Source: Spirochaetia bacterium (GTDB taxonomy: Bacteria; Spirochaetota; Spirochaetia; SP-2023). Taken from it: DNA of 64,000 nucleotides. Positions 21,018 to 30,459 of this stretch are shown here, one piece after another. Numbering within the stretch: the first letter of the stretch is position 1; the number at the start of each line of letters is the position of its first letter. The DNA lies in NCBI GenBank assembly GCA_965225855.1, contig CBDDCK010000005.1:1920001-1984000 (forward strand), read 5' to 3'. Below the pieces are notes generated by a model. It did no database searches, was not told where the DNA came from, and was given only the letters and a program-made list of their open reading frames with translations. The translations under genes and the position numbers were made by a program.

Positions 21018-21108
21018 TTGACGCAACACCCCCCCTAGCAAAATGGGACGCTATACACTAACCCGTATGGGTTTTGTCAATCTCAATCCATTTTTGGAGG
21101 TATTGCTT
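21018..21108 (+). promoter_or_regulatory. LP2 promoter/leader with C7 tract
   Basis: TTGACG 21018-21023, C7 21029-21035, GGAGG RBS. Confidence 0.65.
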
Positions 21109-22449
21109 ATGTATAAGCTGAAACTATTTTTATTGCCTGTAGCCTTGCTACTGGGCTTTATGGCCTTTGCCTGCACCCCACCCGATGACGATGCGCCGTC
21201 TTCTGGTCCGTCTAAGTCGCCTAAGGAGGTACTCGAAACCGAACAAGTCGAAGATAAGCAGTCTGAAGTATCCGATGACAATAAGCCATCTAAGCAACCT
21301 AAAGACAAACAAGTCGAAGATGAGTCGCGTAAGCTACCTAAAGCCTCAATTACCAGTGCAACCTACGATGTTGGCACGGCTCTGTTAACCGTACAAGGTA
21401 CTCACTTAGGTAGTGCGCAACAAGCGCAAATCCAAACCATCAAAGTATATGACCTAGTTTTAAGTTCCTATACTGCAGATGAGGATGCCACTGGGGCAGA
21501 TAGTCGCAGTCTTGCAAAAGGTAAGTACCGCATCAAAAGAGATGGCACAGCCATTTGGCTGAAACTTACCGATCGACATAAAGCTACTCTAAATGGTAAG
21601 ACAGGTATGGATAGCAATGGTAGAAAAGACGCTAAGCTTAGCGTTGCCTCTGGTACTGGTACTTGGGCGGGTTTAGATACAGCCAAAGACTTGGCCGTTA
21701 GTGGAAACCCACCCGCAATTACCCGTGCAACCTACAATGCTATTACAGGCGTGTTATTGATTACAGGTACTAATTTACCAAAAGTAGTGGATAGCTGGGA
21801 CTTTAGCAAATTGAAGTTTGTCGCAGGTAATGGTGATAAGAGTCCCGCATTAAAAGCGCACGAAAACGCAGGTGAAAACACAGCCACAGGTTCTGCAGCC
21901 AGTGCAACAAGCTTAACGATTACTTTAACGGGTACTGAACAACTCAAAGCCTATAATATATTGGTTGTGAATGGTCGTAGTGATGATGATGGTGCATACA
22001 ACCTTGAAGCAACAGCAGGATTTGCCGGTGGTAGGGCAGCAGACACAAGCAATAACCCTATTAACGTTAGTGGGTACGACGTAAACCGGCTCTCCTACGC
22101 AAAATACTATTCTAATAGTAGCCTTTTAATTATTAATGGTAGCGGTTTACCGACAACAGTTGCAGACTGGGACTTTAGCAAATTGACGCTTGTATCCGGT
22201 GATGGTAGTAAGAAATTCAAATTACCCAAGCACTCAACTTCAGGTGAAGACACAGCCACAGCTAATCTTTTCTTTAGTAACGCCATATATATTCGTTTAA
22301 GCGGTAGTGTAAAAGCCAAAGCCAATGCTATACTGGTTCAGAATGGTGTTAGTGATGATGGTGGTGCATACAATTTGGAAGCAGCAGCAGGATTTGTAAC
22401 GGGTAGCGCAGCAGACCGAACAACTAGTATTAAAGTTAGTGGTTGGTAA
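21109..22449 (+). CDS. Repeat-domain surface lipoprotein LP2 (stalk-X-Y-Y)
   Basis: MYKLKLFLLPVALLLGFMAFA-C; paralogue of LP1. Confidence 0.88.
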   Translation: MYKLKLFLLPVALLLGFMAFACTPPDDDAPSSGPSKSPKEVLETEQVEDKQSEVSDDNKPSKQPKDKQVEDESRKLPKASITSATYDVGTALLTVQGTHLGSAQQAQIQTIKVYDLVLSSYTADEDATGADSRSLAKGKYRIKRDGTAIWLKLTDRHKATLNGKTGMDSNGRKDAKLSVASGTGTWAGLDTAKDLAVSGNPPAITRATYNAITGVLLITGTNLPKVVDSWDFSKLKFVAGNGDKSPALKAHENAGENTATGSAASATSLTITLTGTEQLKAYNILVVNGRSDDDGAYNLEATAGFAGGRAADTSNNPINVSGYDVNRLSYAKYYSNSSLLIINGSGLPTTVADWDFSKLTLVSGDGSKKFKLPKHSTSGEDTATANLFFSNAIYIRLSGSVKAKANAILVQNGVSDDGGAYNLEAAAGFVTGSAADRTTSIKVSGW

Positions 22450-22564
22450 GTAGGGTTTGGTTGTTGCAAACGCTTGCATTGGCCAATTATAGCCTTGGTA
22501 TAAGGCTACAAACTTTTTTAGTAATAGCTTTGAATAATTATTACCAGAACGTTGCCATAACAAT

Positions 22565-22722
22565 TAAGAGAGTCTCTTAATGCCCAACAAGAGATTCTCT
22601 TAATAAGAGACCTTCTTAATAACTAACAAGAATTTTTTGTAACAAGATAAACTTTGGCCAAGCCTTGCTTGCCTTTTTGGTGGGCAGTATGGCTAGCAAT
22701 AGTCGTTTCATTTTGCGTGCAA
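22565..22722. repeat. Module G downstream repeat with palindromic 23-bp-type units
   Basis: taagagagtctcttaatgcccaa and related units; also at 30384-30452 and 56219-56290. Confidence 0.8.
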
Positions 22723-22853
22723 ATTTACAAATGTACAGGCATAGAGCGCAGCCTAGAAAACTTTGCCTATGGCTTTTTGCGTTTAATGGAGATTTTAGGA
22801 TTAGGACACAGTTCAAAAACACAGAATTGCATAAATTACTAATTACAAAAATA

Positions 22854-23630
22854 TCACATTGCGGATATAGGTATCACAATTAAATTATCTTTGTGGCAAA
22901 TCACATCGACAGCATATTCGTAAACATCTTGTACCATTTGTACCGTCATAACATCGTTTACCGGACCATCGTCATATATTTGCCCATCTTTCATAATCAC
23001 CACGCGCTGGGCATATTGAGATGCTAATGTTAGGTCATGCAGCACAACTACCACGCACAAATCTTTTTGGGCTAATTCGCGTCCGGTTTTAAGAATATGG
23101 TGCTGATGCGCCATATCCATCGATGCCGTGGGTTCATCTAAAAACACCACTGGAAAAAAGCCCTTGCCGATACTATCGTAAATTTGTACTAATACGCGCG
23201 CCATTTGGCAACGCTGCTTTTGCCCCCCAGATAAAGTAAGATAACTGCGCTCTGCCATGTCGGCTAGGCCACAATTATTTAGGCACTCTTCTACAATATC
23301 TTGGCTGTCTTCTTCCAGATCACCCAAAGAAACTACTTCGCGCACGCTAAAGGCAAAGGACAAAAAACTCTCTTGGGGTAGAACGCAGCGGCGGCGCGCT
23401 AACTCTTTGATAGTCAAGTCTTTCATACGTTCATTGCCGTATAAAACCTCGCCACTTTTGCAAGCAATATCGCCACTTAGCAATTTTAGCAGTGTCGACT
23501 TGCCCGCTCCATTGGGGCCGAGCAATGCGGTTAATTCACCCTTTCTAAAGGATATATCTATATTGGAGATAATTTCTACTCCGCCGGGCGCAAAGCGCAT
23601 AGAGCGGGCAACCAGTCCATCTGCGAGCAT
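22854..23630 (-). CDS. hmuV: Haem ABC transporter ATP-binding protein
   Basis: GPNGAGKST, VLPQ..LSFAFSVREVV, YLTLSGGQKQR, LDEPT, VVLHDL. Confidence 0.85.
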   Translation of the reverse strand: MLADGLVARSMRFAPGGVEIISNIDISFRKGELTALLGPNGAGKSTLLKLLSGDIACKSGEVLYGNERMKDLTIKELARRRCVLPQESFLSFAFSVREVVSLGDLEEDSQDIVEECLNNCGLADMAERSYLTLSGGQKQRCQMARVLVQIYDSIGKGFFPVVFLDEPTASMDMAHQHHILKTGRELAQKDLCVVVVLHDLTLASQYAQRVVIMKDGQIYDDGPVNDVMTVQMVQDVYEYAVDVICHKDNLIVIPISAM

Positions 23631-23668
23631 AATCTTTGTTCCTAAATTGGGTTATAGCTGATTGATAG

Positions 23669-24862
23669 CTATTGTATGTGCTTTTTATTTCGCAATAAGA
23701 CATACAAAAAGAATGGTGCGCCAATTGCCGCCGTAATAATGCCAATTGGTATTTCTGCGGGTGGAAACATAGTGCGTGCCAGAATATCCGAAAATAAGAC
23801 TAGGCAGCCGCCCAAGACCATGCTATTGGGCAATAAAAAACGATGGTCGGGCCCGGCAAGTAAGCGAATCACATGGGGTACTACTATGCCCACAAAAGCA
23901 ATCGGCCCGGCAATCGAGACACAAATCGCAACAGCTAATGCAGTTAGGACTACGCACCAACGGTTGAATTGGGTGGTATCAATTCCCATGTGGCGCGCTT
24001 CGGCTTCACCCAGTAGTAAAGCGTTTAGCCCGCGCGCCAAACGAGTGATAGCCAAACATACAAAAAGCAAAACTAAAGCGATAGGTATGTATTTCCAGCT
24101 GATACCGCCCAAACTGCCTAAAGACCAAAACGCAATATCGCGCAATTGTGCATCCGTTGCAATGTAGGTCATTGTGCCAGAAATGGAGCTCACAATTGCA
24201 TTGATAGCTATGCCTGCAAGCAACATGGTTACTACAGAGACGCCGCGTTCGGTGATAGATATGGTATAAATAAATACGGTGACTGTTACTCCTCCCACAA
24301 ACGCAAATACGGGAATGAGCCAGAAGCCCAAGATTTTTTGCGCAGCCGTAAACCAAACGCCAGCCAAAACGATGGCTATCGCCGCCATGACTGAAGCCCC
24401 AGCCGATACGCCGATTAAACCGGGGTCTGCCAGCGGATTGCGAAACATTCCCTGCATTACCGCCCCAGAAGAAGCTAAACCAGCCCCGATTAAAAAGGCG
24501 GCTATCATTCTGGGGAAACGGATTGTCCAAACGATTAAGTTTTCGGTTGTGTCGGCGCGGCTGGGTGTACCTAGCAAGTTGTGCGCGATAATTTCCCAAA
24601 CGCGAAAAAAATCCACTTGATATGCACCAATGACCATATCAAAAATAGCTAGCAAACAAGCTAAAGCAATAAAAATAGGTGGCAAGATTCGCCGGAAAAA
24701 GCGGTGGTGCAATTTCATTCCCAAAGGATTATATGTTTTGGGATTTTGCACTTTGGAATCTTGAGCCTCGTAATTTTTTGTTGGATAATTTAGGGATTCA
24801 CTATCCATTTGGTTGTCTATAGTGGGGTTTTCTATAGCGGGGATCAGTGGTTTACTACTCAT
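23669..24862 (-). CDS. hmuU: Haem ABC transporter permease (FecCD family)
   Basis: IRFPR, QGMFRNPLADPGLIGVS, FWSLGSLG, LLGEAEARHMG, EIPIGIITA. Confidence 0.88.
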   Translation of the reverse strand: MSSKPLIPAIENPTIDNQMDSESLNYPTKNYEAQDSKVQNPKTYNPLGMKLHHRFFRRILPPIFIALACLLAIFDMVIGAYQVDFFRVWEIIAHNLLGTPSRADTTENLIVWTIRFPRMIAAFLIGAGLASSGAVMQGMFRNPLADPGLIGVSAGASVMAAIAIVLAGVWFTAAQKILGFWLIPVFAFVGGVTVTVFIYTISITERGVSVVTMLLAGIAINAIVSSISGTMTYIATDAQLRDIAFWSLGSLGGISWKYIPIALVLLFVCLAITRLARGLNALLLGEAEARHMGIDTTQFNRWCVVLTALAVAICVSIAGPIAFVGIVVPHVIRLLAGPDHRFLLPNSMVLGGCLVLFSDILARTMFPPAEIPIGIITAAIGAPFFLYVLLRNKKHIQ

Positions 24863-24975
24863 ATTGCAAAGCCTCTTTCATATCAAAAGCCAAAAAGAAT
24901 ATAAAAAATATTAAAGAACAAGCACAAATATCAAGCAAGATACAAAGTAACCTGCTTGATAATCGCACAAATCTT

Positions 24976-25914
24976 TTATTTGTCTGTACCTAAAGATGAT
25001 TCGGGAGCGTAGGCGCGCGCTGGCAATTGGGCTTTTTTATCCTCGCCATGCAATTTGCCAATCATGTAGTTTACCGCCTGTGGGGTACGCGGCCCCATCG
25101 CATAAACCATGCCCGAAACAAACATGACTTTATCATTTTTATAGGCGCGGGTTTCTCTTAGCCCTGGCAAATCGGCTATGGTTTTGCCTGCTTCATCAAG
25201 CCGTTTTTGTGAAAAGGTATAAAACAAAATAACATCAGGGTCTTTGGCCAGCAGAGCTTCTTTTTGCGCCTCAGTACTGCGGGGTACTCCTAAAAATACA
25301 TTTTCTCCCTTAGCCCAGCCCAAGGTTAAAATAGAATCACCCGTGCCGCTGGCAAATAGTTTGTCTTTATAATAATAGACTAAGGCATATTTTACCGGTG
25401 TGAGCTGGCTGGCTGCGGCAGTAACCGCGGCAAAATCCGCCTCTACATCTTTGGCGATTTTATCCGCTTTGTCTGCTTCACCCAAAAACTCACCGATCAA
25501 GCGAATGTTGTGCGCTACATCGCTTTGGTTTTCGTTAATTTTGGTGCGCAATAACTTTATGTCAGGTGCTTGTTGTAAAACTTCTACAGTTTGCTCCGGA
25601 CCCATTTTACCATTACCAATAACATGCGTTGGCTTTAAAGTTAAAATTCCTTCTGCTGGTGCGCGGTGCACATAGCCCGCGATAGGATAGTCCTTTTGCA
25701 AGCGCGCTGGGTAGGTACTGGTGCGACCAACACCCACTATTTCCTTATCTTTGCCCAGCAACGCTACCACTTCGGCAGTGCCCGAACCTAAGACGACTAT
25801 GCGCGTTTCGTCAATCATAGCTTGGGGTTGTTTAGAATTACCCCTAGCGATCAGCAATGCTGAGACTATGGATAGTAAAAAGAGTGCAAAGGCACTTATA
25901 GCAAATTTTCTCAT
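24976..25914 (-). CDS. hmuT: Haem-binding periplasmic protein (HmuT/ChuT-like)
   Basis: RIVVLG...AEVV.LLG, STYP, GY.H...EGIL.LKP, GPRT; operon with hmuUV. Confidence 0.75.
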   Translation of the reverse strand: MRKFAISAFALFLLSIVSALLIARGNSKQPQAMIDETRIVVLGSGTAEVVALLGKDKEIVGVGRTSTYPARLQKDYPIAGYVHRAPAEGILTLKPTHVIGNGKMGPEQTVEVLQQAPDIKLLRTKINENQSDVAHNIRLIGEFLGEADKADKIAKDVEADFAAVTAAASQLTPVKYALVYYYKDKLFASGTGDSILTLGWAKGENVFLGVPRSTEAQKEALLAKDPDVILFYTFSQKRLDEAGKTIADLPGLRETRAYKNDKVMFVSGMVYAMGPRTPQAVNYMIGKLHGEDKKAQLPARAYAPESSLGTDK

Positions 25915-25977
25915 AACGAAAATGCTCCTTATTTTTTAGATTTTATTGATTAAAAACATAACCAATAATTTTGGAAA

Positions 25978-26010
25978 ACTATAATTAATATTATTATGAT
26001 AGTCAATATC
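25978..26010 (-). promoter_or_regulatory. hmu promoter overlapped by a Fur-like box
   Basis: Minus strand TTGACT-17 bp-TATAGT; 25992-26010 tattatgatagtcaatatc matches the Fur consensus GATAATGATAATCATTATC at 15/19. Confidence 0.7.
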
Positions 26011-26085
26011 ATATTTTAATATTTTAACAATTTTTTTTGATATTTTTTACAATTAAAAATTTATTTAAATTTATTCTCTGGAGAG

Positions 26086-26115
26086 TTGACAAAAATGATA
26101 GTTATTACCAATAAT
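26086..26115 (+). promoter_or_regulatory. Ankyrin-gene promoter overlapped by a Fur-like box
   Basis: TTGACA 26086-26091, 18 bp spacer, AATAAT; 26091-26109 aaaaatgatagttattacc is a 14/19 Fur match. Confidence 0.65.
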
Positions 26116-26174
26116 ATGAATCAAGCTTTATTAAGCTCGATTCACACTTAGATATATAAAAAGGAGTTTTATCT

Positions 26175-26792
26175 ATGAAATTTATAAAGTATGCTCTGCC
26201 GATTAGTCTTTCGGTAGTGTTAATTGCGGCTATAGGCTTTGGGGTGGGTTTTGCGGCCAACATTCAAAATACGTTTAGCATAGCGGGTTCTAAGCAAAAT
26301 TATCTGTGGCGCAAAGCATTCTGGCGCAGCGCAACGGTAGCCGATGTGCAAAAGCTTATTGCCAATGGAGCAGATGTTACCAAGGCTGACGAGCAAGGAA
26401 TGAGCCCATTGGCTCTGGCTGCCATGATCAGTCAAGATGAAGAGATAATCGAACTATTGGTAGATGCTGGTGCCGATGTCAATGCCCCTACTGCGGATTG
26501 GGGCTGGACGCCGTTATTTTGGGCAGCAATGAATAATACCAATCCGCAAATTATTAAAACTCTGGTGGAAAAAGGAGCTAATGTTGAAGAACGCTGTGTT
26601 GGTATCCACTCCACCCCGTTGATCGATGCGGTGGTACACAACCCCAGTTCGGCAGTAGTTCAGGCTTTACTAGATGCTGGTGCTAACCCCAACGCCAAAG
26701 ATGACAAAGGTTTATCTGCTATCGATTATGTGCGAATGGATGGTAATCATCACAAAGACAACGATGTTTACCAAATGTTGGTTAGCAGATAA
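26175..26792 (+). CDS. Exported or membrane-anchored ankyrin-repeat protein
   Basis: N-terminal hydrophobic segment; GMSPLALAA, GWTPLFWAA, STPLIDAV, LLDAGANPN repeats. Confidence 0.88.
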   Translation: MKFIKYALPISLSVVLIAAIGFGVGFAANIQNTFSIAGSKQNYLWRKAFWRSATVADVQKLIANGADVTKADEQGMSPLALAAMISQDEEIIELLVDAGADVNAPTADWGWTPLFWAAMNNTNPQIIKTLVEKGANVEERCVGIHSTPLIDAVVHNPSSAVVQALLDAGANPNAKDDKGLSAIDYVRMDGNHHKDNDVYQMLVSR

Positions 26793-26888
26793 TTCACTTT
26801 TGAAATAAAGCCTCTGCCCCATAATCTAAGGCTACCCCCATAATCTAAGGCTGCCCCCCCGAAAAATCTAAGAAAGTCTAAATGGCCC

Positions 26889-26929
26889 CAAGAAACGCAA
26901 GACATAAATTTTATGTCTTGCGTTTCTTG
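26889..26929. repeat. Perfect 41-bp palindrome (possible terminator of the ankyrin gene)
   Basis: caagaaacgcaagacataaa-t-tttatgtcttgcgtttcttg, 20-bp arms. Confidence 0.85.
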
Positions 26930-27497
26930 TTACTTGGTATTTGGCTGAACGTGATTAATAAAGTACTAGCCCAGTAGTCAATGCTAAGGGAACCAACCCG
27001 GGCGTGGGTTTAAGCCCCGATAGCAGCCAAAAGTTAGACTAGATAGCCCAAAGGCTGGACAAATTATTACAAAAGCGCAATTCCCAAATTTAGAGAGCGA
27101 AGGCAAAGGCATTTTGGAAGTGATGGCACGAATGCACGCCAGCGCAATGCACTTGGCTTACGGCATGATAGACTACCATGCGCAGCAACAAATCCAAAAC
27201 ACTATATGGCCAAAGTTGTTTGCGCAAAGTGCTTTCGGTATATACCCAGAAGAGCCCGACTAAATACGGAGAGAGCTTCGGCTAAATACGGGAAGCCAAT
27301 ATAGCCAAAACTATTGATCATTGCATGGAAACAACCAAAGGCCAACCAAACACCACCCCAACCCCACCCAATAACTGCCCCAGCCCCAACCAACAAGCCA
27401 AAGCAACAAGCCGAAATAGCCATACAAACGCACATACAAACGCAATTGGGCAATTGGGCAATTGGGCAATTGCCCAATTGCGTTTGCCGATGCGAAT

Positions 27498-27681
27498 CTA
27501 CAAGTCATCGCCTGTCTTACCACAATACACCTTTCCGCCTTGGTATAAAGTCATCGCCTGTCTTGCTGCAATATAGCTTTCCGCCTTGGTATAAAGTATT
27601 GTTCCGCATTGGTATAAAGTCATCGCCCGTCTTGCTACAATATAGCTTTCCGCATTGGAGTAAGGTATTGATCGAAGGCGG
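27498..27681 (+). repeat. Module D array, eight 23-bp units
   Basis: Same unit family as 12327-12487, in a different order. Confidence 0.9.
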
Positions 27682-27714
27682 AGAGATGTATCATAGCAAG
27701 GCACTAAAAACCAT

Positions 27715-27885
27715 AAAAATAAGCAGGCCATAGACTTCCTAAAACGCAACAACATCGTAAAAAGCCAAAACTGGGACGACCTCAAATAGGGCCAGTATGC
27801 CGATGCTTTGACCTTAGCCCACAGCGTCAATGCTGGCATTTTAGACGACTTGCACAATATCTGGCTATATATTGCGGGCCGATGA
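27715..27885 (+). pseudogene. Module E, MuF-like remnant (copy 2)
   Basis: KQAIDFLKRNNIVKSQNWDDLK*GQYADALTLAHS; TAG at 27787. Confidence 0.55.
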
Positions 27886-28159
27886 CCCCAACTGCGATAT
27901 ATTGATACCGCCCAATGGTTGGCATGGTTGGGTTGGCACGGTTGGCATAGTTGGCGTTGCGCCTGCTATCGCATACCCCCAAGCCTTTTGATTGGCATGG
28001 ATTTTGAACCACCTTACAACACTAAGACACAAAAAAAGCACAAAAAACTTACAAAAAGCTTATATAGGCCTTGACGCAACACCCCCCTAGCAAAATGGGG
28101 ATTTACAGACTAGCCCGTATGGGTTGGTTAATCTTTATCCATTGTTGGAGGTATTGCTT

Positions 28160-30133
28160 ATGTATAAGCTCAAACTATTTTTATTGCCTGTAGCCTGGCT
28201 ACTGGCCTTTATGGCCTTGGCCTGCGCCCCACCCGATGACGATGCACCATCTTCTGGGCCGTCTGGGCCGACTATCAATAACGCTATCTACGACTTTGCT
28301 ACGGCTCTGTTAACCGTACAAGGTACTGACTTAAGTCCTACCAGTGTGAAACAAGCGCAAATCCAAACTATCAGGGTAGGAAGCCGAACAAATGGTGTAG
28401 CCTTCAGTGCCTATACTGCAGATGCCAAACCCACTGGGGTAAATAGTAACGGTCTTGAACAAGGTAAGTACCGTATTAAAAGCGATGGCACAAAGCTTTG
28501 GCTGAAACTTAAAGATGAACATAAAGCTGCTCTTGAGGCCAAGGTGGGTAGCAATGGTCTAAAAAAAGGGTTGCTTAGCGTTGGCACTGGTGCTTGGGCG
28601 GGTTTAAATATAGCCAAAGACTTAACCGTTAGGAATATACCCGATAAGCCATCTGAACAAGCCGAACAAGCTGAACAAGCTGAAGAAGAGTCGCCTAAGC
28701 AATCTAAAGACGAACAAGCCGAACAAGCTGAACAAGCTGAAGAGCAGTCGCCTAAGCAATCTAAAGACGAACAAGTCGAACAAGCTGAACAAGCTGAAGA
28801 AGAGTCGCCTAAGCAATCTAAAGACGAACAAGCCGAACAAGCTGAACAAGCTGAAGAGCAGTCGCCTAAGCAATCTAAAGACGAACAAGCCGAACAAGTC
28901 GAACAAGCCGAAGAGCAGTCGCCTAAGCAAGCTAAAGACGAACAAGACGAACAAGCCGAACAAGTCGAACAAGCTGAAGAAGAGTCGCCTGAACTACCCG
29001 ACCCCGCAATTACCCGTGTAACCTACAATGTTATTTCAGGCGTGTTAGAGATTACAGGTACTAATTTACCAGCAGCAGTTGCAGACTGGGACTTTAGCAA
29101 ATTGACGCTTGTATCCGGTGATGGTACTAGATACACATTACCCCGGCACTCAACTTTAAGTATAAACGTAGTCACAGGTTCTACATCAAGGATTTTAAGT
29201 AGAAACACAGCCACAGGTTCTAGGGCAAGTGCAACAGAATTATTTATTCAGTTAAGGGGTAGTGTAAAAGCGGAAGCCGAGAAGATACTGGTTAACGATG
29301 GTGATAGTGATGCTAATGGTGCATACAACCTGGAAGCAGCAGCAGGCTTTGCAGGTGGTAGCGCAGCAGACACAACCAACCCTATTACCGTTAGTGGGCA
29401 TACAGCCAGAATCATCAGTGCAACCTACGATGCTAATACAGGCGTGTTATTGATTGCAGGTATCAGGTTACCGAAAACAGTTGCAGGATGGGACTTTAGC
29501 AAATTGACACTTGTATCCGGTGATGGTACTAGATACACATTACCCGAGCACGCAACTGCAGGTGAAAACACAGCCACAGGTTCTAGGGCATTTATAGACA
29601 GCATAACTATTACTTTAAGCGGTAGTGTAAAAGCGGAAGCCGAGAAGATACTGGTTAAGACTGGTGATAGTGATGATAATGGTGCATACAACCTGGAAGC
29701 AGCAGCAGAATTTGTAACTGGTAGTCCAGAAGACACAAGCAACCCGATTACCGTTAGTGGCTACGTAAGCCTGCTCGACTCCGTATTATACAGAGCTACT
29801 AGAGGCTTGTTATATATTAGTGGTAGCAGGTTACCGACAACAGTTGCAGACTGGAACTTTAGCAAATTGACGATTGTATCCGGTGATGGTAGTAAGAGAT
29901 ACACATTACCCGAGCACGCAACTGCAGGCACAAACAAAGCCACAGGTTCTAGTGCAAGTGCAACAAGCTTAATTATTACTTTAAGCGGTAATGTAAAAGC
30001 CAAAGTCAATGCTATACTGGTTAAGGCTGGTTTTGGTGATGCTAATGGTGCATACAACCTGGAAGCAGCAGCAGAATTTGTACCTGGTAGTCCAGAAGAC
30101 CCAACCACTGGTATTCAAGTTGTAAATTATTAA
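28160..30133 (+). CDS. Repeat-domain surface lipoprotein LP3 (X-stalk-Y-Y-Y)
   Basis: Lipobox MALA-C; 57-bp tandem acidic repeats; promoter with C6 tract at 28082-28087. Confidence 0.88.
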   Translation: MYKLKLFLLPVAWLLAFMALACAPPDDDAPSSGPSGPTINNAIYDFATALLTVQGTDLSPTSVKQAQIQTIRVGSRTNGVAFSAYTADAKPTGVNSNGLEQGKYRIKSDGTKLWLKLKDEHKAALEAKVGSNGLKKGLLSVGTGAWAGLNIAKDLTVRNIPDKPSEQAEQAEQAEEESPKQSKDEQAEQAEQAEEQSPKQSKDEQVEQAEQAEEESPKQSKDEQAEQAEQAEEQSPKQSKDEQAEQVEQAEEQSPKQAKDEQDEQAEQVEQAEEESPELPDPAITRVTYNVISGVLEITGTNLPAAVADWDFSKLTLVSGDGTRYTLPRHSTLSINVVTGSTSRILSRNTATGSRASATELFIQLRGSVKAEAEKILVNDGDSDANGAYNLEAAAGFAGGSAADTTNPITVSGHTARIISATYDANTGVLLIAGIRLPKTVAGWDFSKLTLVSGDGTRYTLPEHATAGENTATGSRAFIDSITITLSGSVKAEAEKILVKTGDSDDNGAYNLEAAAEFVTGSPEDTSNPITVSGYVSLLDSVLYRATRGLLYISGSRLPTTVADWNFSKLTIVSGDGSKRYTLPEHATAGTNKATGSSASATSLIITLSGNVKAKVNAILVKAGFGDANGAYNLEAAAEFVPGSPEDPTTGIQVVNY

Positions 30134-30228
30134 GTAGGGTTTGGTTGTTGCAACCCTTGCATTGGTTGGCCAAAAGCAGCCTTGGTAAGTTTTTTTATCA
30201 TGGCTGCTTTTACCAATTATAGCCTTGG

Positions 30229-30346
30229 TATAAAGTATTGTTCCGCATTGGTGCAATACATCTTTCCGCCTTAGATCAAGGCCTTGATCCAAGGCGGAAA
30301 GCTATATCATAGCAAGGCACTAAAAACCATAAAAATAAGCAAGCCA
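30229..30346 (+). repeat. Module D partial copy downstream of LP3, ending in a 40-bp near-palindrome
   Basis: Three 23-bp units; ctttccgccttagatcaagg|ccttgatccaaggcggaaag. Confidence 0.85.
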
Positions 30347-30414
30347 ATGTCAATAAGAATTTACCAAAGGTTGCCATAACAATTAAGAGAGTCTCTTAAT
30401 GCCCAATAATAGAG

Positions 30415-30459
30415 TGTCTTAATACCCAACAAGAAAGTTTCTTGTTGGGTATTAAGACA
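30415..30459. repeat. Perfect 45-bp palindrome overlapping the SDR stop codon
   Basis: tgtcttaatacccaacaagaaa-g-tttcttgttgggtattaagaca. Confidence 0.9.

Noticed and set aside
28622..28972. Leu/Phe-rich or Cys/Ser-rich antisense ORFs (also 41357-41858, 13402-13593)
   Set aside because: Reverse-strand translations of the acidic stalk repeats.
30415..30459. Borrelia-type hairpin telomere junction
   Set aside because: The palindrome has an odd centre, is short and internal, and no resolvase gene is seen.
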